A stretch of DNA of 64,000 bases. Origin: an uncultured Acidimicrobiales bacterium. GTDB lineage: Bacteria > Actinomycetota > Acidimicrobiia > Acidimicrobiales > CAVXTF01. The DNA lies in assembly GCA_963701375.1 (NCBI GenBank), contig CAVOZT010000005.1, positions 393,601 through 457,600 on the forward strand, given 5' to 3'. Position numbers and translations under genes: made by a program. How positions within the stretch are numbered: position 1 is the first letter of the stretch; each line of letters opens with the position of its first letter. Below the pieces are notes generated by a model. The model did no database searches, was not told the DNA's origin, and saw only the letters and a list, made by a program, of their open reading frames with translations. Positions 1-8,462 of the stretch are shown here, piece after piece.

Positions 1-600
1 TGGGTCCAGATTGTCCCAGGCATATCTGTTCCGCGAGAACACGACTGCATCCGCTGTGTTCGCGAAGCAGCCGAGGAACTCCCACGCCGCATAACTGAAC
101 TCGTTTGGATCGTCGGTTCCGACGTGACAGCTCCAGATCACAGCCGCACCGAGGCGGCGAATGTGAGACGCCAATCCGACTGTCTGGGGATCGTGCAGCA
201 CCACGACGTCGCCTGGTTGCACCATAGTCGTCAACTCGTTGATCTGGCGTTCAAGAGTACCCATATAGGCGCACCGTTCTTGTTCACCGAGCTCGCCACC
301 GTCTCCCTTCGATCCGTGGAGAAAGTGGTGGATACGCTTGGTGACAACGAAGAAGTCTTCGTCGCCGTCGATAACGGCCCAACGCGTAGTAACCCCTCCA
401 CCCTGTAGATAGCAGAGGACAGATTGGAGCATCTCTGCCACCCCGCCTCCGGTAGCCGTCGAATTGAGATGCCAGAATGTTCGGCCGTCGAGCGCCGAGG
501 CAGCCAGTTCCAGGTCGCTGGCAAATCTTGCTTGTTGCTCAGGTCGTAGCATCGACGCGAATCTCGTCGCGTCGAGCGGAGGTAAATCGATCTCATTCAT
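1..600 (-). CDS. GT4 glycosyltransferase, trehalose synthase (TreT)-like; N-terminal part only, the gene runs off the window
   Basis: Own minus-strand translation from the ATG at 600-598: MNEIDLPPLDATRFASMLRPEQQARF...FWHLNSTATGGGVAEMLQSVLCYLQGGGVTTRWAVIDGDEDFFVVTKRIHHFLHG... It stays open to position 1, so it has no stop and is absent from the ORF track. The NST-x-GGGVAEML and FFxVTKxxH motifs are TreT-like. Confidence 0.65.
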   Translation of the reverse strand, partial: MNEIDLPPLDATRFASMLRPEQQARFASDLELAASALDGRTFWHLNSTATGGGVAEMLQSVLCYLQGGGVTTRWAVIDGDEDFFVVTKRIHHFLHGSKGDGGELGEQERCAYMGTLERQINELTTMVQPGDVVVLHDPQTVGLASHIRRLGAAVIWSCHVGTDDPNEFSYAAWEFLGCFANTADAVVFSRNRYAWDNLDP

Positions 601-777
601 GGATCCTCCAGTCGAGGTTCTCGGCAGGCGGGTCAACACGTGAATAGTCAGACGGATGAAGTGGTGTTCGACCTTCGTCCGAGGCCCCGATGCGACGTAG
701 CCGGATCGACCTATGCGTTTTACCTTCTATTGCTGCCAACGGTGGCTCGAGCAGGCCACATCTTGGAGGACTGCACG

Positions 778-1290
778 TCAGGCCGCGACAACGCGAGTCT
801 GATTGATGGTTGGGCCGTCGACCGCAACCTCAACTCGTCGCGCCGTAGCTGTAACGCCGAATACGAATGCACCCATAAGGACCAGCAGGACACCTGGTCC
901 GAGGTTTGCACCTACCTGGTTGACCAAGTTGTGCAGGGGAGTTGCGGCACGGAAAACGGAATGGCCTGGACCTTGTAGAACCGGCCATGCGAGAGGCCCG
1001 ACGATCAGCCACGCTCCCGCCGCCACGCCCAACAAGCTTCCGATTGCCGCCCGTGCTCCCCCGAAGGTCCCCGGCAGAGCCGTGACTACAAGCATGCCAC
1101 CGAAGAAGGCTGCAGCACCTGGTGCGAGGTGCAACCAGGCGTGGTTCAAGTTCCACTCCCAAGTCCCTGTCCGGTCCACCGAGTAGCCGAAGCTCGAGCT
1201 TACGAAAACAACCATTGCGGCCCAGATCCCCATCAGTACCATGACCAGGCCCAGGAAGCTGACAGACCGGGTCGTTGAGCGGTTGATCAT
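778..1290 (-). CDS. hypothetical integral membrane protein (about 5 TM helices)
   Basis: Within ORF 778..1392. The likely start is MINRSTTRSVSFLGLVMVLMGIWAAMVVF at 1290, preceded by GGGAGG. Hydrophobic segments run throughout. No family recognised. Confidence 0.5.
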   Translation of the reverse strand: MINRSTTRSVSFLGLVMVLMGIWAAMVVFVSSSFGYSVDRTGTWEWNLNHAWLHLAPGAAAFFGGMLVVTALPGTFGGARAAIGSLLGVAAGAWLIVGPLAWPVLQGPGHSVFRAATPLHNLVNQVGANLGPGVLLVLMGAFVFGVTATARRVEVAVDGPTINQTRVVAA

Positions 1291-2367
1291 GACGAAGCCT
1301 CCCTTCGGACGCGCTTCTGTATGTAGAAGCATTCCCATATACAAGTGTCGTGAAACGGGGTCGGTCGACAACACGTAAACGAGGTGCCACACACGGTGTC
1401 CGATGCAGGATCACCTTGTGCAACGCCGATGTTGTCAACTCCACGTCATGCCGTTGTTGAGTGCGACTTCACTACAGAGAGTGACAAGGCAGTGAAGATG
1501 GGCCGGTGTCTGTCATGCAAAAATTGATCGTCGCAACTCATCCACGGTCGTCTGATCCCGCTACCTGAAAGATTTTGTGCTGAGGTCGTAGGTGCAGTTG
1601 CTCGACGCCGAACCCTGTGCGCACGAACAACGAGCACCGATACACCCAGACGCCCCCCCAGGTCTTTGAACGCTCCCGACGCTGGGCAAGGCCAAACCCT
1701 GTGACAGAACCGCTGGTACAATTTGGTGTATTTGCTTGCAGAAAAGCGGACTTTGGGCCGTGGACGCATCGTGAGAAAAGACCATCAGCCGCCATCTGAT
1801 TGCACGGACCCGACGTAGCGTGATCGTCCATGTTGGGACTAAGGCTACGGTTTGCAGCAATGACGTGTCCGCTCGGTGTCGTCCACCCGAGAGCAGGCCA
1901 TACCCTGCCCCCGCGGCGTCTATCTCCGACTCCCAAGGGTCAGCATGCCCGTCGAGAATTGCGGGTAAATAGGTTGTGTCAACACCTCAAGGGGATGATC
2001 GGATGCCCAAGACCTCGAACGTTCCTCGTTCAGCAATCTGCCAGATGCACCTCGGGACGATCCACTTTCGGACCAGTTGGCCGAGCTGGGCGCACATATC
2101 AGGGAGTGGCTTCAGGAGCAATCCAAAGAGAACTCGATCAACTATCGCCCCCTTTAGTTGGCGCTGAGGAGAGAGCCTGTCGCCTTGCAATGGGCGACAT
2201 GTCGCCTTCTCTCTGGCCATCTCGCAAACGATAACCAACGACCCTCTCAGTGGCCATCTTCGTCGGTGTTCGTGCGATTGAGCGATGTGTGGAACGTTTT
2301 GGATATGTCAAGACGCGTTCAGCTACCTTGGATGTCGCGCGGAGTATCGCCAACACGTTGCAGGACT

Positions 2368-3489
2368 ATGAGAAGAGAACTCAGAGCACCGCGCTTGGCG
2401 GACCAGTCGACGATCTCTGGGTCGCGACCTTGGCGGAAGGGTACGTGGAAGCGACCCGCCCTAGTTGTGGTTGCCTCGGTCGCGCTGCTCGCGGGACTCG
2501 CAATCATCTTACTGCTCGTTCGGAGCGTTCAAGGCACCCCGTGCGACGCCGCGATGTTCCGGGTCGGGACGTCAACCGCCAGCGCCGCGAGCTACCCCGC
2601 GCTCGGCGACCAGACCATTGCGGCACGGTTACATCGTGCGTTCCACGGCTCGTCTCCCGCAGTGTTCTGCAACGACTTTCCCGATCCTTTTGTGCTCCGG
2701 GTGGGCGGTTCGTATTACGCCTACTCGACCGGCACCGACTACATGCACATACCGGTGCTTTTGACGAGCGGTATCTTCGGGGGTGGCGGACGACACAACG
2801 CTCTGCCTGTGATGCCGTCGTGGAGCGACCATGTAATCGCATGGGCACCGTCGGTGCTTAGACGTGGCAACCGGTTCGTCATGTACTACGCGCCCGCGCT
2901 TCCAGACGGCCGTCATTGCCTGTCGATCGCTGTGTCCACCGATCCCGCCGGACCGTTCACCGACCACACTCGGGGGCCATTCGTCTGTCCACCAGGAGGA
3001 GCGATCGATCCGAGCCCGTATGTCGCGCCCGACGGGCAGCCCTACTTGGTTTGGAAGAACGGCGCTGACATCGTCGCGGCTCCGCTCACCGCCGACGGCC
3101 TGGCATTGGCCGGGAACCCTACCTGGCTGCTGAGTGCGGCCGAGCCATGGGAACACGGGATCGTGGAGGCGCCGAGCATGATCTCTAGCGGTGGGAAGGT
3201 CTACCTCTTCTACTCGGGTGGGCACTGGAACAGCGCCGAGTACGCGATCGGTTACGCAAGGTGCGCGACCCCCCTTGGGCCTTGCACCAGAGCTTCGACA
3301 AGGCCATGGCTTTCCTCCAACCGCGTGGCACAAGGACCGGGTGGCCAAGAGTTCTTTACCGATCAAGCAGGGAACTTGTGGATGGTGTTCCACGCCTGGA
3401 TTGACAACAAGATCGGGTACCCCGTCGGCGCACGCAATCTCTTCGTCGTCCGCATCACCTTCGCAAAGGGGATACCTCAAGTGACCTGA
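2368..3489 (+). CDS. glycoside hydrolase family 43 (membrane-anchored)
   Basis: ORF 2158..3489. It has an N-terminal TM anchor (ALVVVASVALLAGLAIILLLV) followed by GH43-type blocks: FPDPFVLRVGGSYYAYSTGT, WAPSVLRRGNRFVMYYA, AIDPSPYVAPDGQPYLVWKN, VEAPSMISSGGKVYLFYSGG. The start is uncertain (ATG at 2305, 2332 or 2368). Confidence 0.8.
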   Translation: MRRELRAPRLADQSTISGSRPWRKGTWKRPALVVVASVALLAGLAIILLLVRSVQGTPCDAAMFRVGTSTASAASYPALGDQTIAARLHRAFHGSSPAVFCNDFPDPFVLRVGGSYYAYSTGTDYMHIPVLLTSGIFGGGGRHNALPVMPSWSDHVIAWAPSVLRRGNRFVMYYAPALPDGRHCLSIAVSTDPAGPFTDHTRGPFVCPPGGAIDPSPYVAPDGQPYLVWKNGADIVAAPLTADGLALAGNPTWLLSAAEPWEHGIVEAPSMISSGGKVYLFYSGGHWNSAEYAIGYARCATPLGPCTRASTRPWLSSNRVAQGPGGQEFFTDQAGNLWMVFHAWIDNKIGYPVGARNLFVVRITFAKGIPQVT

Positions 3490-3715
3490 GGTTGCTCGTT
3501 CGCCAAACGACCGGGGAAAGCCGCCCGATGCCGAAGCGGGAAGCATGCAGGTTCTCGGCGCTGCGAGCTCGATGTGGCCCCAAAGTGGGCGGAATGAATC
3601 TCGTGCTCAGCGTCGTGCGCACGAGTGGTTGCGTCGCTTAGCTATCAGGCGTGGATGACTTCTCGGCCCAGGCGTCGCCCCTGAAGGCACCTAAAATTGC
3701 TATCGGACCTCTGGG

Positions 3716-4150
3716 TTGGCTCTTCTCGTCGACGTTCGGCCATCATCCTCCGTGGCTTTTTCCTTCGTTTACCTAACCTTCTGCCGCCTTTTGAGACTTG
3801 TCTGCTCTGCACGTCGCTCCGAGCCCGACAAGGAGATCAAGATAATGGTGCTCCGGCACCAGGTCCGTGTCCTGCAACGCCAGCTCCGTGCACGCGTGCG
3901 GTATCGACCGTCGGATCGGGCCATCCTGGCCGCGTTCAGCCGTTTGCTTCCTAGTAACCGGTGGCGGTCGTTCCTAGTCACCCCCGAGACCCTGCCGCGA
4001 TGGCATCGCGAGGCGGCAAACACAAGTGGCGACACTGGGGAAACAACGAGGTCGTGAGCTATCGACTCGCAAGTACACATCCTCGGATCACCGACCATCC
4101 GACCGGTGAGTTCGTCACCCAGATTGCCCGCAATTCTGATGCGTACTCCT
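3716..4150 (+). mobile_element. transposase/integrase remnant (IS481/IS3-like rve family), internally deleted and frameshifted
   Basis: ORF 3716..4057 carries a typical N-terminus: ...DKEIKIMVLRHQVRVLQRQLRARVRYRPSDRAILAAFSRLLPSNRWRSFLVTPETLPRWHRE. The next frame keeps only ...HPRITDHPTGEFVTQIARN (catalytic-core end). The whole DDE core is missing and no terminal repeats were seen. Confidence 0.6.
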
Positions 4151-4236
4151 CTTCGTCTAACGCGAGGCAGATCAGCGCATCGACACGTCGGTCTGAGTCA
4201 GTAGGCAAGTTGCGTCGATGCCCCATGGCCTTCCCT

Positions 4237-5352
4237 TCACGCGATCCGAAACCGTTCCGCGTCACTGGTTCGGAAGGTCATACCATGCCCTGGACGAGAG
4301 CGGTCGGGTTTCAGGCTGCCGCCAAAGGGGGGCAAGCAACCATCGAACAATTGTGTTTCGATGTGATGATGGTCATGGAAGTACTCGACGTGACGAATGT
4401 TCGGAACGGCAATGGCGATGTGAGCATGCAAGTTGGGTGCGCAGTGGCCGGAAATCTGCAGTTGATGAGCTGCCGCGAGATGGGCGACTTGAAACCAAGC
4501 GGTGTAGCCACCGCAACGAGTTACGTCGGCCTGAATGCAGTTGACGGCACCCGCCGAAATCATCTTGGTGAAGTACCAAGGGTTGTATCCGTATTCGCCG
4601 GCGGTGACGTCACTACGACATTGGTCACGAACCTCACGAAGGCCGTACAGGTCGTCGGACGAGACGGGTTCTTCGAACCAAACGACGTCGTAGCAATCAG
4701 ACATTGTGTGACCTAAACGAATTGCTTGCTTGCGCTGGTATGCGCCGTTCGCGTCGACATAGATCTCAACCAGATCGCCGACGACCTTTCGGGTCAGCGC
4801 AACGCGTTCGAGGTCACGAGTGGCGTTGTGGCCCCACGATTCACCTATCTTGATCTTGACGCTCGGGATATGCCATTCCTCAACCCAGGTGCGCAGTTGC
4901 GCAGTGGTCACCTCGTCGCTGTAGGTCGTGAAGCCCCCGCTGCCGTAGATAGGGACGGCGTCCGTTACTCGGCCGATGAGGTCAGAGAGGGATATTCCCA
5001 GGGTGCGGGCCTTCAGATCCCAGAGAGCGATGTCTACGGCCGAGATCGCGCACGCCGCGACGCCGGGTTGGCCGACGTTGCGACACGCTCGCGTCATCTG
5101 TTGATTACATGCGGGCACGTCCATTGGATCACGTCCGCTAATGACATCGGCCAACAGTTCGTCAACGACGGTCTTTGCGGCTCCGCTGGCATAGGTCCAG
5201 CCGACCCCTTCATGATTGCCGGCTCGCAGACGGACCAGGACCATGGTCGTCGCGGACCAGCTGAGGGTTCCATCTGCTTCGTCTTGATTGGTCGGGACCC
5301 GAAACACCTGCGCCTCGACAAGCTTGATTGCGTCCGATTCGTGGGTGCTCAT
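4237..5352 (-). CDS. enolase-superfamily enzyme (mandelate racemase/muconate lactonizing enzyme family)
   Basis: 371 aa. Contains AISAVDIALWDLKARTLG, VKIKIG, YVDANGAY, FEEPVSSDDL and IQADVTRCGG, which is the typical MR/MLE barrel metal-ligand pattern. Confidence 0.85.
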   Translation of the reverse strand: MSTHESDAIKLVEAQVFRVPTNQDEADGTLSWSATTMVLVRLRAGNHEGVGWTYASGAAKTVVDELLADVISGRDPMDVPACNQQMTRACRNVGQPGVAACAISAVDIALWDLKARTLGISLSDLIGRVTDAVPIYGSGGFTTYSDEVTTAQLRTWVEEWHIPSVKIKIGESWGHNATRDLERVALTRKVVGDLVEIYVDANGAYQRKQAIRLGHTMSDCYDVVWFEEPVSSDDLYGLREVRDQCRSDVTAGEYGYNPWYFTKMISAGAVNCIQADVTRCGGYTAWFQVAHLAAAHQLQISGHCAPNLHAHIAIAVPNIRHVEYFHDHHHIETQLFDGCLPPFGGSLKPDRSRPGHGMTFRTSDAERFRIA

Positions 5353-5354
5353 CG

Positions 5355-6065
5355 CTATGGCTCACCTCGAGAAAGGCCTTTCCGGCTGCCTGCGATGAGG
5401 TGCTCGGCTGCGCGGGCGGCCAATGCCATAATCGTGAGCGCCGGGTTGGCTGATCCCTGTGTGGGAAGCACGCTTCCATCGGTGATGTACAAATTGCCGA
5501 CCGCGAAGGAACAAAGGTTGCGATCGACGACACCTTGTGAGTGCAAGGCAGCCATGCGACATCCGCCAACCAGATGTGCATAGCGATCGATGGTGATGAC
5601 CTCTTGGGCACCAGCGGCCTTGAGGATGATCTCCATCGTGTCCTGGGCGCTACGCATGAGCTTTCGATCGTTATCGCACTGGCTGTAGGAGAAGCAAGCA
5701 ACGGGCAGACCGAGGCGGTCCTTCTCCTCAGCGAGCGTTACCCGGTTGTCCGCGAGTGGGAGGAACTCGCACAGTGAGCCAAGGCTTGCCCAGTGGACAT
5801 AATCGCGCGCTAACCCCGTGCTAGCCGTGTCCATGGATTTGCGCGCCCGACGAAGAACGTTCGCTTCTTCCTCAAGCCGGTCTGCAAGATTCTCGTCGCC
5901 ACGACATCGCAATACGTTGGCGACATCGCCAAGAGCGGCGACGGCCACAGCTAAGTGCTCAACAAGCAGCTTCCCCAGAGTGCGATGATCGCAGCCCACA
6001 AGTGGAGTTTCGTCCTTTGTCGCTCGGCGGGGATCACTGTTCGTCAACTCCGCTAATAGCTGCAT
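5355..6065 (-). pseudogene. chimeric ORF: unrelated 85-aa N-terminus fused to the C-terminal 150 aa of a GMC oxidoreductase (paralog of 11428..13056)
   Basis: RDYVHWASLGSLCEFLPLADNRVTLAEEKDRLGLPVACFSYSQCDNDRKLM...ITDGSVLPTQGSANPALTIMALAARAAEHLIAGSRKGL aligns residue for residue with the C-terminus of the full-length GMC gene. The FAD-binding N-terminal 380 aa are absent. Confidence 0.7.
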
Positions 6066-6169
6066 CAGTAAGTAACGTTGCTCATCGAGAAGATCGAGCG
6101 AGTCTCCTTGTGGACGAGTTCCGTGGCTGGGTGAGGTGAAACCGTTTCATTGGGCCGTTTCATTGATCC

Positions 6170-6602
6170 TTAATGGGATTCCGCCGACTGAGCGAGAGCC
6201 CGCCGTTCCCCTGTCGACATCTTGCGCATGAGCGGTCGAAGCAACCGCATTTCTTCGCGACGCAAGTGCTTGGGTAGATCGTTGCGCAATGCATGGAGTT
6301 GCTGCCGGGCCGCCACGGACACCTGATCATCCACCGTCTGCGACAAAATTCTCGAAGACCTGAGTCATCGCGTCATGCTCGGCTCGAAGACGGACGCTGA
6401 GATCTTGACCCTGCTTCAAGACTCTGGTCGCCCTCGTCTGCAGCTCTGAGACACGCTCTAGATGTTCCTCCCAGCTTTGTTGGAGTAACCGTAGCAAGTG
6501 CTTAAAATCGGCAGGCTCGGCCTCTGCAAGCCGTGCCACTGCCTCCAGGAGTTGGCCATCGTCGATCCTCCTCCTCTCCAGGATTCGCCAGCGGTACATC
6601 AT
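6170..6602 (-). pseudogene. small helical protein, hemerythrin/HHE-like, apparently frameshifted
   Basis: ORF 6327..6602 ends ...FENFVADGG*. The overlapping frame continues QTVDDQVSVAARQQLHALRNDLPKHLRREEMRLLRPLMRKMSTGERRALAQSAESH* (stop at 6170-6172). The family call is weak. Confidence 0.35.
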
Positions 6603-6749
6603 CAGTCCTCCTCAGTCCTCCTCCTCCCTTGATGCGGTATACCCGACCCGCTATTGCCCTAACGAGCTTGGGGTTTTCGGCCGCAGAAATCGGGTACTGC
6701 CCGAGAGGAGTATCCGCCTACCTATCCCCACCGATGTCGAGGGCCGCAG

Positions 6750-7205
6750 ATGGACACCGCTGAACACCGAGGGACCATTTTGAGCGATCCTGAGGAGTCA
6801 TCCCTAACCGCAGGCGACAAGTCGACGGCTGAACTTCTCGCCGACTTCTCCCGAGAATTGACGTCCCTGGTCCACCACGAGATCGAGCTGACCAAGACCG
6901 AAATGCTCGAAAAGGGGAAGAGGGCGGGACTCGGGGCAGGCTTTCTCGGTGCAGGCGCCGTAGCCGGCTTGCTCGCGGCGGCTTGCTTCACGGCCACGGC
7001 CATCGCAGCAATCTCTTTGGCGATTCCCGTCTGGGCAGCAGCCCTAGCCGTCGGGTTCTCCTACCTTGTAGTCGCAGGCACCGCGGCCCTTGCAGGACGC
7101 AAGGAGTTAGTCGAAGCTTCGCCGCCGATCCCCGGCCTGGCCATGGAAAGCGCAAAGGAGGATGTCGCATGGCTCAAGCTCCAGACGAAGTCCGCGAAGC
7201 GATAG
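6750..7205 (+). CDS. phage holin family protein (actinobacterial Holin-X / DUF1469)
   Basis: 151 aa. ELLADFSRELTSLVHHEIELTKTEMLEKGKRAGLGAGFLGAGAVAGLLAAA is followed by two TM helices and a KEDVAWLK tail, which is the typical Holin-X layout. Confidence 0.6.
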   Translation: MDTAEHRGTILSDPEESSLTAGDKSTAELLADFSRELTSLVHHEIELTKTEMLEKGKRAGLGAGFLGAGAVAGLLAAACFTATAIAAISLAIPVWAAALAVGFSYLVVAGTAALAGRKELVEASPPIPGLAMESAKEDVAWLKLQTKSAKR

Positions 7206-7484
7206 AGACAGACCGCGAGCAGCTGGGCGAGACCGTTCGCGCCCTGGCTGCAAAGGCCGACGTGAAGGCTCGGGTTCAACCACAAGCTCTCCGAGCGCAA
7301 GGAGCAAGTCCGCCATCTCGCGGCCGAAGTCCGATCGACCGCCACCGACCTGTCTCCAGAATCCGTTGCTTCTGGAGCAAAGCACGTCGAAAAAGCAATC
7401 ATGCGGCTATCACCACCGCAGGCACTCGCGGTCGGCCTGACACTCGGCTATGGCGTCGGGCGGCTCCGAAGACACCGCCGTTGA
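7169..7484 (+). pseudogene. DUF3618 domain protein, frameshifted near 7280
   Basis: MAQAPDEVREAIETDREQLGETVRALAAKADVKARVQ is in one frame. The C-terminus LSERKEQVRHLAAEVRSTATDLSPESVASGAKHVEKAIMRLSPPQALAVGLTLGYGVGRLRRHRR* is in the next frame (own translation). Confidence 0.6.
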
Positions 7485-7604
7485 GCCGGACCTCCGCTCC
7501 CTTCGTATGGCATGGCACTCCTCTTTCATCGTCTTCTGTATCAGATGCAGATGGAGTGGGTAGAAACCCGACCGGTCACGTCGATGAAGGAAGGAGATCC
7601 TTCA

Positions 7605-7829
7605 ATGCCCTCGAAGCAAGCGAATGTGAAAAACGAGAAGCAATACGAGGCCTTGAAGGACAAGGGGATGTCCAAGCAGCGCGCCGCCCGTATCGCCAAC
7701 TCTCCCAATGCCTCGCACAATGGCGGGAAGAAGTCCGGATCAGGTGGGAGTTCAAAGCAGGGAGGCACCACAGCGGAACACAAAGCCGCCGGCCGCAAGG
7801 GTGGCCGGGCGTCCGCGAAGTCTTCCTAG
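7605..7829 (+). CDS. small basic protein (DUF7218-like)
   Basis: Within ORF 7512..7829. The ATG at 7605 is preceded by GAAGGAAGGAG. Sequence: MPSKQANVKNEKQYEALKDKGMSKQRAARIANSPNASHNGGKKSGSGGSSKQGG... Confidence 0.6.
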   Translation: MPSKQANVKNEKQYEALKDKGMSKQRAARIANSPNASHNGGKKSGSGGSSKQGGTTAEHKAAGRKGGRASAKSS

Positions 7830-7862
7830 GTCCCGCGTCCAGGCAGTCGCCCCGAGATTGAG

Positions 7863-8381
7863 ATGGCCCTGACTGATTTGGTAGTAAACGCGCGTCAGTG
7901 GGCGCGGTCTCAACGTGACGCCTATGGCCATGGCGAGGACCGTCCTCTCGGCGCCTACCTCGGAGTGATGGCCACATACGCTGTCGTCGTCACCGCGGCG
8001 GGAAACGCAGTCCGAATCTCAAGACGATCTCTTCCTCCATCGTGGAGTTTCGGCGATGTCGTCTTGCTGAGCATCGCCACCCACAAAGTCGCTCGCCTGA
8101 TAAGCAAGGATCCCGTGACAAGTCCATTGCGCGCACCAATGACTCGCTTTGAAGGAAGGAGCGGCGAGGCGGAACTCTCCGAGGAGGTGCGTGGAACCGG
8201 GCTGCGCCACGCGCTTGGCGAACTCGTCACTTGCCCCTTCTGTCTCGATCAGTGGGTCTGCACTGCCTTGATCTTCGGGCTTATCTCGGCTCCGAAGCTC
8301 GCCCGAACCGTAATGACCGCCTTCGCCGCAGTCGCAGCCGCCGACGTCATGCATCACCTCTACGCGCAGCTCCAAGACTGA
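7863..8381 (+). CDS. DUF1360 domain membrane protein
   Basis: 172 aa. Contains LLSIATHKVARLISKDPVTSPLRAP and CPFCLDQWV, the conserved DUF1360 blocks. Confidence 0.7.
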   Translation: MALTDLVVNARQWARSQRDAYGHGEDRPLGAYLGVMATYAVVVTAAGNAVRISRRSLPPSWSFGDVVLLSIATHKVARLISKDPVTSPLRAPMTRFEGRSGEAELSEEVRGTGLRHALGELVTCPFCLDQWVCTALIFGLISAPKLARTVMTAFAAVAAADVMHHLYAQLQD

Positions 8382-8462
8382 AAGCGGATGTGCATTGTGT
8401 CCCGTCCCTACTTACTCGCCGAACTGCTCCCTAGGGCAACGGCGATCCACTAAAGGAGTCTC

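Noticed and set aside
2250-2861. ORF 2250..2861 (203 aa) overlapping the GH43 gene in another frame.
   Set aside because: Only its first ~70 codons look protein-like (noted in the finding at 1400..2460). The rest is an Arg-rich shadow of the GH43 coding frame.
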